Shown: positions 9,447-20,346 of the stretch, one piece after another
Layout of the letters: every line of letters starts with the position of its first letter
Position numbering within the stretch: position 1 is the stretch's first letter
Assembly (NCBI GenBank): GCA_963755915.1
Contig: CAVWLP010000002.1
Span: 2,816,001 to 2,880,000 of the forward strand
Direction: 5' to 3'
Source of the DNA: an uncultured Phycisphaerales bacterium
Lineage (GTDB): Bacteria; Planctomycetota; Phycisphaerae; Tepidisphaerales; Tepidisphaeraceae
DNA: 64,000 nt
Program-made: the position numbers and the translations under genes
The notes under the pieces: model-generated
What the model was told of the DNA's origin: nothing
The model's database searches: none
What the model saw: the letters and a program-made list of their open reading frames with translations, nothing else

Positions 9447-9908
9447 TTACCGAATTTCCAAAATAAATTCGATTTCGACAGGGGAATTCAACGGCAGTGC
9501 CGCCGCCCCGACCGCCGCGCACACATGCCTCCCCGCATCGGCAAAAATTGCCTGTAGCAATTCGCTCGCCCCATTCGCCACCTTCGCCTGCTCTCGAAAA
9601 TCCCGATCGCTCTGTACGAACACCCCAATCCTCACCACGCGAACAATCCGCTCCCATTTCCCGCCAAGCTCCGCCCCCACTATGGCCAGCGCGTTCACAA
9701 CGCACTGCGCCGCCGCCTTCTGTGCCGACTCCAGGCTGACCGCCGACGGCACCGGCCCCTCCGCCATCAGTTTCCCCCCGCTCGTCGGCAACTGCCCGCT
9801 CACAAAAATCAGATTTCCGCTCACCACCGCCGGCAGATAAGCCCCCACCGGCCTCGGCGGCTCCGGCATTTTCCATCCCAACTCCGCCAATTTCGCCGCT
9901 ACATCCAT
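9447..9908 (-). CDS. RidA/YjgF-family protein
   Basis: PPRPVGAYLPAVVSGNLIFVSGQLP, VANGASELL, GRHVCAAVG and LPLNSPVEIE. Confidence 0.9.
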   Translation of the reverse strand: MDVAAKLAELGWKMPEPPRPVGAYLPAVVSGNLIFVSGQLPTSGGKLMAEGPVPSAVSLESAQKAAAQCVVNALAIVGAELGGKWERIVRVVRIGVFVQSDRDFREQAKVANGASELLQAIFADAGRHVCAAVGAAALPLNSPVEIEFILEIR

Positions 9909-10023
9909 CCCCGCTATGATACCCCCCATCAGGCGCCCCACGAAACAACAACGCGCCCCCCAAAATCTGTGAACGCCCACGGCGCCGCCGTGGGGGAATT
10001 TCGAACACGCAAATCCATCCACC

Positions 10024-10837
10024 ATGAAACCCCGCCGCCATCATCCCGACGCCTCGCGCAGATATCACGATCGTGTCGCCCGGAAGTACGACGCCATCTA
10101 CGACGACCCTTACTGGGAATTCCACGACCGTCTCACCTGGCAGGCCATCAAGCCCCATATCCCCACCGACGCCTCCGCTCCCTGCTGCGACCTCGGCTGC
10201 GGCACCGGAAAATGGGGCCTCAAGCTCCTCAAGAGCGGCTATCCCACCACCTTCGTCGACAACGCCGCCGCCATGATCGAAAAAACCCGCGCAAAATCGC
10301 CGACCTCGGCCCCAAATCTGACAAAGCCACGCTCGTGGTAGCCGACATCATCGATCTCGGCCAACTCGAATCCCACCGCTTCAACCTGATCCTCGCCATG
10401 GGCGACCCGCTGTCGATTTGCTCCGACGCCAATCGCGCCGTCCAGGAAATGCGCCGAATCTGCGCCCCGGCGGCATCGTCATCGCCACCGCCGACAACAA
10501 GCTCGCCGCCCTCGACCACTACCTCGAAAAATCCGACATCGACTCCCTCGAATCCTTCGTAAAAACCGGCAAAACCCACTGGCTCACCCCCGACGAGCGC
10601 GAACAGTTCCAACTCACGACTTTCACCCCCCCCGATTTCCAAAAACTCTTCCAGCGCGCCGGCTTCGAGGTCCTCAAGCTCACCGGCAAAACCATCCTCC
10701 CCATTCGCACCCACAAAGACCTCCTAGCGGATGAATCCACCTTCGACCGCCTGCTAAAACTAGAGCTGGACCTCTCCCGCGATCCCACTTCCGCCGCCAA
10801 AGCCGCCCACCTCCAAATCACCGCCAAAAAAATCTAA
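10024..10837 (+). CDS. Class I SAM-dependent methyltransferase (two frameshifts)
   Basis: Motif I DLGCGTG; the fragments 10024-10341 and 10418-10837 plus a middle frame (LILAMGDPLSIC) join into one protein containing LRPGG. Confidence 0.8.
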
Positions 10838-10912
10838 GCTCTTCACTTTCACACCTTTCACACTCTTCACACCCCTCCCCCATTCGGCATTTGGCAATCG
10901 GCATTCGGCAAT
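10838..10912. repeat. 9-mer TTCACACCT and 7-mer CATTCGG tandem arrays between convergent genes
   Basis: CTCCCCCATTCGGCATTTGGCAATCGGCA is identical at 10875 and 29705. Confidence 0.8.
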
Positions 10913-10918
10913 CTCTTC

Positions 10919-11464
10919 TCACATTTTCGGCGCCACATCCCCATACCCCGGCGGCTTGGGCTTCTTCCCCACCTGCGTACTAAAGCTCTGCAAATACGCG
11001 ATCCACATCATCGACAGACCAAAGCTGTACGCCCCCTGCACCACCATCTCCATGTAATGCTGCGTCGGCGGAATGTGATATTTTTCGACCGATGTCCCCT
11101 GATAGGTCATCGCATTCACCGGATCCCCCTTCCCCAGCGGCGCGACCTTCACGATCGTCCGCGCATACGTCCCCACCTCTTTTTCCGTCGTCGGATCCAT
11201 TTTCCGCCCGACTTTGGCGTCCAGAACCTTCAGGTCCGCCTCGCTCAGATCAAACAGCGCCCCCGCAACGTATTTCCCCGGATCGTAGACAATGTCCGCG
11301 ATCCCTCCCCCGTAATATTCGCTGAATATTGGAAAGCAAAGCCGGTAATTATCCAGCACCGCCGGCTTCCCCGGCTTCAGCGCCGGCACCCGATTCCCAT
11401 AGTGCCGGCACCACTCCGTCACCGCCCGGATGTTCAGGTTTGATCCATACGCAAAATACCACAT
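10919..11464 (-). CDS. Gamma-glutamylcyclotransferase family protein
   Basis: N-terminal YFAYGSNL signature; GGIADIV; PPTQHYM. Confidence 0.85.
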   Translation of the reverse strand: MWYFAYGSNLNIRAVTEWCRHYGNRVPALKPGKPAVLDNYRLCFPIFSEYYGGGIADIVYDPGKYVAGALFDLSEADLKVLDAKVGRKMDPTTEKEVGTYARTIVKVAPLGKGDPVNAMTYQGTSVEKYHIPPTQHYMEMVVQGAYSFGLSMMWIAYLQSFSTQVGKKPKPPGYGDVAPKM

Positions 11465-11597
11465 GCCTTCGATCCCTTAGCCAGCCGCATTCTTGCGATT
11501 GCCGCGCCAATTGCAAAAGCGCGGCGCGAACCTCGTTATCTGAATCACCTTGACGCATCGAGTCCGCTCGATTCAATCGATTATTGCGCACCGCCCG

Positions 11598-11826
11598 CGA
11601 AACTCGAAACCCGAAACTCGGAGGCGCGGACGCCTCCGGGGCGTACTCGCCGATTACGGCCCGGAGCCGTCCGCGGCTCCGACGAATCAAACCCGAATGT
11701 CGAACCGAAGCGTAGATCCCGGCGCACCGGGGACCAAAATTCGAAACTAATGCCCAAGCAACCGTTTCGTCATTCGGATTTCGGATTTGATTCGTCATTC
11801 GAGTTTCGGGTTTCGAGTTTCGGCGA
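11598..11826. repeat. CGAAACY/TTTCGRG heptamer arrays arranged as an inverted pair, with nested small palindromes
   Basis: CGAAACTCGAAACCCGAAACT ... GAGTTTCGGGTTTCGAGTTTCG; contains the 7055-type element. Confidence 0.8.
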
Positions 11827-13575
11827 CGAGCCTTTCTGCCACTCGCGCCATCACCCCATCCCAATCCCCCGTCCTCTTCTGCCTGAACAACCTCATCGTC
11901 GGATACCACGCGTTATCCTCCCGCTCCAGCATCCACCGCCAGTCCGGCGTAAACGGAATCAGATCCCACACCGGCTTCCCCATCGCCCCCGCGACGTGCG
12001 CCACCGATGTATCCACCGAAATCACCAGATCCAGGTTCGCGATCAGCCCAGCCGTATCCGAAAATCCTTCAGCTCCGCGCTAAAGTTCACCACTTCCATC
12101 CCCGCCGGCGGCGAATCCGCCTGCACCGCGCTCGCCCCCACCTGCAAGCTAAAAAACCTCACATTCTTCGCCGCCGCCAGCGGCCCAAACTTCGCCAGCC
12201 CGATCGTCCGCGTCAGATCATTTTTATTCTTCGGATTCCCGGCCCAAACCAACCCCACCCGCAGCTTCCCCTCCTCTTTCGGTGCCTTCGTCTCCCAGGC
12301 TTTCGCCCGCGCGGGATCCGCAAAAAGATAGGGAATCTCCGCCGGAATCGTCTCCATCCTCGTCCCAAAACAGAGCGGCAAGCTCATCATCGGACACACC
12401 ACGTCAAACGTCGGCGGCGTTTCACCCGCCGCCAGAATTTGCTCCAAACCCGGCAACTGCTTCAGCAGCGTAACCAGCTCCGGCTGAACCTCCAGAATCA
12501 CCCTCGCCCCCCGCTGCGCCAGCAGCGGCACATACCGCGCGAAATGGATCGCATCCCCCAATCCGCCTTCCCAATAAATAAAAATCCGCTTCCCCTTGAT
12601 ATCGCCCCCATCCCACTGAAGCTCCGGAAACCGCCGAGCGATGCCCGCGTAAATCGACGATTTCCACCGCCACTCAAATTCCTTCCATCCGCGCTCATAA
12701 TTCCCCACCAGCAGCATGTTCCACCCCAGATTCCAATGCGCATCCCCATTCTCCGGCCGCAGACGAACCGCCTCCTCCAACTCCGCCACCCCTTCCTGAT
12801 ATTTGCCCTTCTTCAGCAGCGCCTGTCCCAGATGTCCGCGTGCCGTGACATGATCTGGCTGAATCCGCAGCGCTAACCGATATTTCTCAATCGCCCCATC
12901 CAGATCCCCCAACCCCGCCATCACCACTCCCAGATTATGATGCACCAGCGCCACCTCCGGCCGCAGCTTTGCGGCCTCGGCAAACTCCTGCAGCGCCTCC
13001 TCCAGCTTGTTCTGATCCTTCAGCGCATTCCCCAGATTCGTCCGATACGGCCCGCTGCCCGGCTGCAACTTCACCGCCCTGGCAAACGCCTCCTCCGCCT
13101 CCGCGAATTTCCCCTGATCCTTCAGCGCCATCCCCAGCTCATTCCACCCATCCGCAAACCCGCTCTGCAATTCCACCGCCTTGCGAAAACACGCCGCCGC
13201 ATCCTCAAACCGACCCAATCCCACCAGCAATCGCCCGCAGTTAAAGTGCCCCATCACCGAACCTGGATTCAATTCCACCGCCCGCCGCGCCGCGTTAACC
13301 GCCTCTTCGCGCCGATCCATCGCCCCCAGCACCGTCGCCAGATTGACGTGAAATTCCCCCATTCCCGGCTTGATCCCAATCGCCCTCCCGATCAAATCGA
13401 CCGCCTGGTCGTTCTTTCCCCCCTGATGCGCCAAAACCCCCAGCAGATTCAGCGCATCCGCATTCCCCGGCTCCTTCTCCAGCACCAGCCGATAAAGCCC
13501 CTCCGCCTCCGCCAATCTCCCCCCCTGGTGCGCCGCCACCGCCCGCCGCAAGATTTCGTCCGTCTTACGATCCAC
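11795..13575 (-). CDS. TPR-repeat protein with a C-terminal GT9-like glycosyltransferase domain (frameshift near 12060)
   Basis: Many TPRs; EGGLGDAIHFARY, VGLVWAGNP, ISVDTSVAHVAGAMGKP, WYPTMRLFRQ. Confidence 0.9.
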
Positions 13576-13636
13576 TCCCCGATTATTGCACCGGAATCAA
13601 AAAATCTCACGCCCGGCGGCTTCGCGGTCCAATCCC

Positions 13637-14585
13637 TCAAATCGTCGCGACCAATCCGTCAAAAATGTTCTCCAGCCGCGCAACCGCCTCACGTCGCACC
13701 GCCGGCGCCTCATCCTGATTGAAACGCTGCCCCAGTTCCGCCAGAAAGCACAAACACGATTCCGCTGTATAAAAATCCAATGCCCGCCGCTGCAGGTCAT
13801 TCAGCGAAAGCGCCTCACACCAATACTCGATGTAGTCCAAATCCAGGCCCTCACTCATCAGCGCCATGCGCGTCAACCCGAGATGGGCGACGCGATCCCC
13901 GTAACACATCTCATCGACATCCACGATTCCGCTGAGTTTGCCATCCTCGATCAGCACATTTTTCGTCGTGATATCGTCCAAAAATGGCCAAGGCCGAATG
14001 GTGTCGAAGTACCCCTTCATTCGCCGCGCCGCCGTCCGCAGCACATCAACCCGCCTGCCATCCACCACGCCGGTCTGCTTGATCCACAGCGCTGCGCTCA
14101 ATGCCGCGGTCAAACGCTTCTCCCCAACTGGCCCGCGGCGGCGGAACCGCCGGATCGCTCTGAAATCCAAACCCCGCCCCTTCCGGCAAGCTCCCCACCA
14201 TTTTCTGCAGCGATGCCAACCGATCCGCAAGCGTCTTCTTTTCCCCCGCGCTGAGCCGCGAATAAACTTCACCCAAATCGGTCCCCGGCAAACGCTCCAA
14301 CACCAAATAGGGATACGGCGTGCACCCTGCCTCAAGCCGCGCATGAAGAATCTCCGGCAACGGAAATCCCATCGGCTTCAAAATCCCCGACCAATGAACC
14401 GCTCCCACCAGATAGGGGCGATTTTCCGGCTTCGCAATCCTCAGCACCACCGCACGCCCATCCGCCAGGGCGGCATCAAAAACATAATGACAGTTCCCCG
14501 TCGTGAATCGTTTTGCCGACACGAGCTCCGATCCCATCGCCTCCCACGCAATCGCCCGCAATTCATCCAACGTCGGCGTCGCCAT
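13637..14585 (-). CDS. Aminoglycoside-phosphotransferase (APH)/kinase-fold protein (frameshift)
   Basis: RFTTGNCHYVF, VVLRIA, YLVLERLPG, FLDDITTKNVLI...GIVDVDEMCYGD. Confidence 0.75.
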
Positions 14586-14695
14586 TTCTTTCCCACTTAT
14601 AGTCACGCTTGTTTCTTCCGCCACTCTCAGCGCTCTCCGCGATCTCCAGCCCAGCGGGCGGACTTCGGCGAGCTCAGCCGAGCCGTGAACTGAAT

Positions 14696-16153
14696 TTACT
14701 CGCCGGCCCGAAAATTCCTCAGCTCGCTCGCGATCTCCTCCACAACCTCCTCCCACTTCCCCCCATTCCTCTGCCGAAACAACCTCATGGTCGGATACCA
14801 GGGCGTGTCCGTCCTCTTCAGCAGCCATCGAAAATCGCTATGCGACGGAATCAGCACCCACACCTTCTTCCCCAGCGCCCCCGCAAGATGCGCCGTCGAA
14901 GTATCCACGCTGATCACCAGGTCCATCGAATCCACCAGCGCCGCCGTATCCGCCATATCCCCAATCTCGCCGGTCAAATCCACCCAATCGACTCCCGCCG
15001 GCGGCCGCTGCTTTCCGTCCTCCCCCATCTGCAAACTGAAAAACTGAAACCCCGGCAAATTCAAAAATGGATTGAACATCTCCAGCGTCCGCGATCGAAA
15101 CTCCATGTCATTGTTCGGACTCCCCGCCCAGACCAACCCAACCCGCGCCTTCCCATTTCTCTCCGGAATTTTCCCCGCCCACTTCGCTGCCCGCTCCTCC
15201 GGCACCCGAACGTACGGAACCTTGTTCGGAACACTGTCCACCCGAACCCCCAGAACCCGCGGCAACCCCTGAAACGGAATATGAACGTCAAACCCCGGCA
15301 GCTCCTTCCCCTTGGTAACGATCTCCCCCACGCCCTCCACCCCCTGAAACAGCGATACCAGCCCCGCCTGACATTCCAATATCACCATTCCCCCGCGCCG
15401 CGCCACGATCGGCACGAACCTCACGAATTGCAGCGCATCCCCCAATCCCCCCTCGGCATGCAGCAAAATTTTCTTCCCCGCCAGGTCCGATCCATCCCAC
15501 TGCGGCTGCTCAAACCCGCGGTTCAGTCGCATGGTCGGATGCTTCAATCGCCATTCAAATTCCTCCCAGCCCTCCCCCATCTCCCCCATCTGAAGCAGCA
15601 CCCGTGCCACGCTCCAGTGGGCATACACATCGTCCGGCTTCATCGCCACCGCCCGCCGAAACGCCGCCAGGGCGGCCTCATGCTCGTGTATGGCCCAGTG
15701 CGCGTTGCCCAGATTGATCTCCAGGTCCGCGTCCGCTCCCGCAAGCGCCCTGGCATTCAAAAACGCCAGCTTCGCCTCGTCCATTCTCCCGATGTCCCGA
15801 TAAACGTACCCCAGGTTCGCATGCGCGCCGGCCATCTGCGGGCAAAGCTCCACCGCCCGCAGCGCATGCGCCAGCCCTTTGTCGAATTTCCCCGCCCGGC
15901 GGTAACACTCCCCAAGATTGAGATGATATTCCCCCACGCCCGGCTGAATCGCCAGCGCCCGCTCCGTTAACTCAATCGCGATCTCATATTTCCCCACCTG
16001 CGCCGCCAGCGCCCCCAGAAGCTGTAGCGCCGTTGCATGATTCGGCGCAACCGCCAGCACTTTCCGGTAAATCCCCTCCGCCTCCGCCAGCCTCCCGGCG
16101 CGGTGGTGCTGCACGCCTATCTCAAGAGCCTGTTCGAGCGTAACCTCGGGCAT
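14696..16153 (-). CDS. TPR-repeat protein with a GT9-like domain
   Basis: TPRs; EGGLGDALQFVRF, LVISVDTSTAHLAGALGK, WYPTMRLFRQ. Confidence 0.9.
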   Translation of the reverse strand: MPEVTLEQALEIGVQHHRAGRLAEAEGIYRKVLAVAPNHATALQLLGALAAQVGKYEIAIELTERALAIQPGVGEYHLNLGECYRRAGKFDKGLAHALRAVELCPQMAGAHANLGYVYRDIGRMDEAKLAFLNARALAGADADLEINLGNAHWAIHEHEAALAAFRRAVAMKPDDVYAHWSVARVLLQMGEMGEGWEEFEWRLKHPTMRLNRGFEQPQWDGSDLAGKKILLHAEGGLGDALQFVRFVPIVARRGGMVILECQAGLVSLFQGVEGVGEIVTKGKELPGFDVHIPFQGLPRVLGVRVDSVPNKVPYVRVPEERAAKWAGKIPERNGKARVGLVWAGSPNNDMEFRSRTLEMFNPFLNLPGFQFFSLQMGEDGKQRPPAGVDWVDLTGEIGDMADTAALVDSMDLVISVDTSTAHLAGALGKKVWVLIPSHSDFRWLLKRTDTPWYPTMRLFRQRNGGKWEEVVEEIASELRNFRAGE

Positions 16154-16159
16154 CGCCGT

Positions 16160-16838
16160 TTAATTATATTCGCCACTGTCACTTTCGCCCGTCGCAATTA
16201 ATTCCAGCATCGGCGTCGCCGCGTCGAGCGCCGCGATCACGCGGGCAACCCGCCTCGATACGTCCCCCTCCGCGAGCAGCGACTGCTTCAGCCCCACATC
16301 GCTCAACAGATGATACGCAATCAGATCCGCCACCTCCCCCGTCCCCAGGCTGCTCCCCACAATCTTCCGCATCTCCTCCGAATCCGGCAGCTTCGCCAGC
16401 GGCCGGCTGCTGAACATCTCCATCAGCCGCTGCCGCTGGTTCGTCAGGTCGATCTCCATCACCTTCGTTTCCGAAATGGTTTCAATCCGCGCCCGCCGGT
16501 AGGGGGCCGACGGCTCTTCCGTCACGATCCTCCCCCGCGACTGCCCCTGGAGCAGAAAGTTATAGTTCCCATCCTCCAGCTTTTCCCAGCTCAGGATCTT
16601 CCCCACGCACACCACCGGCTCAATCGCCGGCCGCCCGTAATATTCCTTCGCCCACCCCGGGCGCAGCAGCGCCATCGCCACCAGGCGCTCGCCCGCCAGC
16701 GCGTCCGCAGTCATCTTCTTATATCGATCTTCAAAAATATGCAGCGGCAACACCGCGCGGGAAAAGTACGATATTTGGCAATGGAAACAGCGGCGCCGTG
16801 CAAACACGACTCGCCGCAGCTTCCGTTTGGCTATCCAT
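16160..16838 (-). CDS. LON peptidase substrate-binding-domain protein (N-terminal frameshift)
   Basis: PLFPLPNIVLF / LPLHIFEDRY, LEDGNYNFLLQG, PYRRARIE. Confidence 0.85.
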
Positions 16839-16957
16839 TCTGCCTATATCATAGGCTCTTTAAGCGCGCGGAAAACCCTGCTTTTACAATAGGGAATCTC
16901 CCCTATCGGGCATTTTGCCTGAGAACGCCTACGGCGCCGCCGTGGGGCCCTCCCAGA

Positions 16958-17176
16958 CTATTGCCCCCGCAGCTCTCGCTCAGCGCGTAGCCAGTTTTCC
17001 ACCTGGGATCCGCCCTTGCCCGAAGCGAAGATCTCGAACGCACGCTTTGCGATCTGTTCGTACGTCACTTCGCGCTTCGTCGTCCGGGGAATCGCGGTGT
17101 TCCGCGAAACCGTGGTCGCCGGCGTGGACTTCGTCGTGCTCCGATACGTCGATGAATATGTGGGCTTCTTTGGCAT
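16958..17176 (-). CDS. DUF2934-domain small protein
   Basis: EQIAKRAFEIF...ENWLRAEREL; GGAG ribosome-binding site upstream. Confidence 0.75.
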   Translation of the reverse strand: MPKKPTYSSTYRSTTKSTPATTVSRNTAIPRTTKREVTYEQIAKRAFEIFASGKGGSQVENWLRAERELRGQ

Positions 17177-17328
17177 GGTAATAAACTCCTTCTGTTTTGA
17201 GTCCCTACAGATACTGAGAAACGATATGGATGGGTTTGGTCATATCCCATCCCTGCGAGCGCGTTTTCTCACCCCGCGCTGCATCTTCCACATCTATCGG
17301 CAAATCGCAAGATGCCTACCGATCTTTT

Positions 17329-17763
17329 TCACTTCCCTGTCAGCGCCTTTCGCAAAAGTTGGTTCGCTGCCGCTGGGTCCACTAACCCGCCGTGCGCCTT
17401 CATAAATGCCCCCATTGCCTGCCCGAACTGTTTTTCTGTGAACGGGTGCTTTGCCAGGAAGTCGTTTACCAACTTTTCCGTATCTTCCGTAGAGGCCTTT
17501 TTGGGCAGATATTCGTCAACAACGGAAATCTCATACTTTAATTTCCGGACCTCCTCCTCCTTTCCGAGCCTCTCATACTCCTCCAGGCTCTTTTTCAGCT
17601 TCTTCCCGTATGCCGCCACCGCCTCTTCCGCTGTCGTCGGTTTGGGGGCAAGGTCGATGTTCTTCACGTCGCTCAGCAGCATGCGAATCACCATAAGCCG
17701 GTCTTTCTGACCACTTTTCAGTGCCTGTTTCATCTCCTCCTGCAATCGTTCGCGCAGATCCAT
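17329..17763 (-). CDS. GatB/YqeY-domain protein
   Basis: LQEEMKQALKSGQKDRLMVIRMLLS...EISVVDEYLP...FGQAMG. Confidence 0.9.
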   Translation of the reverse strand: MDLRERLQEEMKQALKSGQKDRLMVIRMLLSDVKNIDLAPKPTTAEEAVAAYGKKLKKSLEEYERLGKEEEVRKLKYEISVVDEYLPKKASTEDTEKLVNDFLAKHPFTEKQFGQAMGAFMKAHGGLVDPAAANQLLRKALTGK

Positions 17764-17853
17764 TGTCAGCTCCTGTTTACATTTCCATTTGGACGTCTAT
17801 AATCGCACATTCTACCGTAGGGCTTTCCCCATCGCACCTGTGGTTCGCACCAG

Positions 17854-18963
17854 ATGCAAACAGTAACGACTGCCTTAGAAGGCATATTGCATATTCCCGA
17901 TGAGCGCCACGATGGCCAGCTTCGCGACCCCGATCACCCTCTACGCCCCTTGCGCCGCGGAATCGTGCCGCGCAAGCTCATTCGCGAGCTGAACCTCCGT
18001 CCCGGCGTTCTGCTCCGCGGCGTCCCGCGCGGCGACGCCATCCTCCACATCGACACCATCGAAGGCCGCAGCCCCGCCGACTTCGCTGAGAAGGCCACTC
18101 TCTACGATTCCACCGCGCTCGACCCCGAGCCGATGATCAAGCTCGAGCACAACCCCACCGAATTCACCACCCGCATCATCGACATCCTCGCCCCCGTCGG
18201 CTTCGGCCAGCGCGGCCTCATCGTCTCTCCGCCGCGCTCCGGCAAAACCATCCTCCTCCAGAACATCGCCCGCGGAATCCACGCACAACTATCCCGACGT
18301 CCAGCTCGTCCTTCTTCTTGTCGATGAACGGCCCGAAGAAGTCACCGACATGAAGCGCAACGTGCCGGGCAAAGTTTACGCTTCCAGCAACGACAACACC
18401 GTTGAAAAGCATCTCGGATCTCGCCCAGCTCGTCATCGAACGCTGCAAACGCCAGGTGGAATTCGGCGCCAACATCGTCGTCCTTCTCGACTCCCTCACC
18501 CGCCTCGGCCGCGCCTTCAACACCGGCGGCCCCAGCGGCGGGCGGACGCTGTCCGGCGGGCCTCGACAACCGCGCCCTGGAAATCCCCAAACGACTCTTC
18601 GGCGCAGCCAGAAAAATCGAAAACGGCGGCAGCCTCACCATCCTCGCCACGTGCCTCATCGACACCGGCAGCCGGATGGACCAGGTCATCTTCGAGGAAT
18701 TCAAAGGCACCGGAAACATGGAACTTGTCCTCGACCGCAACCTGGCCAACCAGCGCATCTACCCCGCGCTCGACATCGCCGGCAGCGGCACCCGAAAAGA
18801 AGAAAAGCTTTTATCTCCCGAGCAACTCAAAGCCGCCCAGCACATCCGCCGACTACTGACGGGCATGCCTCCCGCGCAGGCGATCAAGACGCTCCTTGAG
18901 GTCATGAAAAAACAAAAAACCAACGCCGAGCTCCTCGCCGCCGCCGGCGCTCGCACCGCCTAG
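17854..18963 (+). CDS. rho: Transcription termination factor Rho homologue, short and divergent (several frameshifts)
   Basis: [79 protein letters not shown]. Confidence 0.88.
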
Positions 18964-19001
18964 GCTGGATGATTGTTCGTTGGCACGCTCCCCAAATCTA
19001 T

Positions 19002-19619
19002 ATGACCGCGCGTATTACCCGCCGCATCACGATTGCCCTGATTCTCCTGCTGATTTTCGTCGTCGCCGCCGTGCTGACGCTCATACCGGCCCGCGCCCGC
19101 ATCAATCGCTGGGAATGCGCCAAAAACCTGCGGGCAATCGGACAGTCGATCCTCCTCTTTACCAACGACCATCAACACAATTTCCCTCCCAACCTCGGAA
19201 CCTTGGCCTCGGCAGAGGACATCGCCCCCGCGGTCTTCATCTGTCCCGCCTCCGGCAATTCCGCGCCCCAGAACTTAGCTCCCGACCAGCTTGTCGATTG
19301 GGTTAACGCAAATTCGGATTACCTCTACATCGGCGCGCCGATCAGGGACGCAAGCTTCTTCGATTCAAAATCCAATCAGGAAACTCTGGCCTTCGAGGAC
19401 AAGGATGATCCCACCGTGCGATGGGACAGCGCCCAATCCAGGCGGCTCGTTTTGGCGTATGAAAAAGACCAGGACCACGGCGGAACAATGATGAACGTCC
19501 TTTTCGCCGACGGTCGCGTCGAATGGATGACCCTCGACGCCGCGCATGACGCCATTGCTCTCACCCTCGCGAAGATGGCAACCGCAAAGAAATCCACTCC
19601 CCCATCAACCCGGCCATGA
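19002..19619 (+). CDS. Planctomycete DUF1559-like protein with an H-X9-DG motif
   Basis: N-terminal TM segment, CAKNLRAIGQSILLFTND, VFICP, HGGTMMNVLFADGRVE. Confidence 0.75.
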   Translation: MTARITRRITIALILLLIFVVAAVLTLIPARARINRWECAKNLRAIGQSILLFTNDHQHNFPPNLGTLASAEDIAPAVFICPASGNSAPQNLAPDQLVDWVNANSDYLYIGAPIRDASFFDSKSNQETLAFEDKDDPTVRWDSAQSRRLVLAYEKDQDHGGTMMNVLFADGRVEWMTLDAAHDAIALTLAKMATAKKSTPPSTRP

Positions 19620-20049
19620 AACTCCGCCGCGCCCCCGTCCCCAACCTCCCCTCGGTGTAGCCGCCGTGCTTGACTTGGGTGAGCGATGTCGAACCGCACG
19701 GCGCTTTCCACCCAACACCCCGCGGACGCGATCACCACTCGAGCTCGCCGAACGAAAGCGTCACAGTTGAGGGCGCCTCCCAAAAATATTTTTTCAGAAA
19801 AATCTACGGAATTCCAAAAAATAGGTACAAAACGTACACCCTTTGGACCTATATATAGATGCACCTTATTGTCGATCCATATTCTCCCGCGATCTCACCT
19901 GGCTTCTCAAACTCAGCGAGGGGAAAGAAAACTCACCGGCGAATCCCGGGCACTTTCGGACATTTTCGGAAATGCCGCCCCCCGATACGTACTTCTGCGT
20001 TTCCCGTCGCCAGGAAGGGCGCAAATGCAGCGCGAGCCCAATGCAGGTA

Positions 20050-20134
20050 TTTTCTTGGCGCTCTTGGCGTCTTGAGCGAAGCGGGCGGTTATAAGATTTT
20101 TTAACCGCCAAGACGCCAAGATCGCCAAGAAAAA
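20050..20134. repeat. Family-A-related palindrome (TCTTGGCG units)
   Basis: TTTTCTTGGCGCTCTTGGCGTCTTG[AGCGAAGCGG]GCGGTTA ... TAACCGCCAAGACGCCAAGATCGCCAAGAAAA. Confidence 0.85.
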
Positions 20135-20290
20135 CCGCGCCGACGCGGTTCAGTCTCCAAATGTGGGATAAAGTGAGATATTCTGAGATAAGGGTCCATC
20201 TCTTGATTTCCAACAAATACTCAAAAAGTGTGAAATTTTGGGAAAAAGTGGGAAATCCGCCTTGATGCCCCAGTCTATCGTCGCCGCCGC

Positions 20291-20328
20291 AAAAAAAGCT
20301 GGACGGGCCCGCGCCGGGCCCGTCCAGC
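20291..20328 (-). terminator. Intrinsic terminator of the PEP-CTERM genes
   Basis: Perfect 13-bp stem GCTGGACGGGCCC/GGGCCCGTCCAGC followed by T7 on the minus strand. Confidence 0.85.
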
Positions 20329-20346
20329 CCCAATATCGCGCTCACC

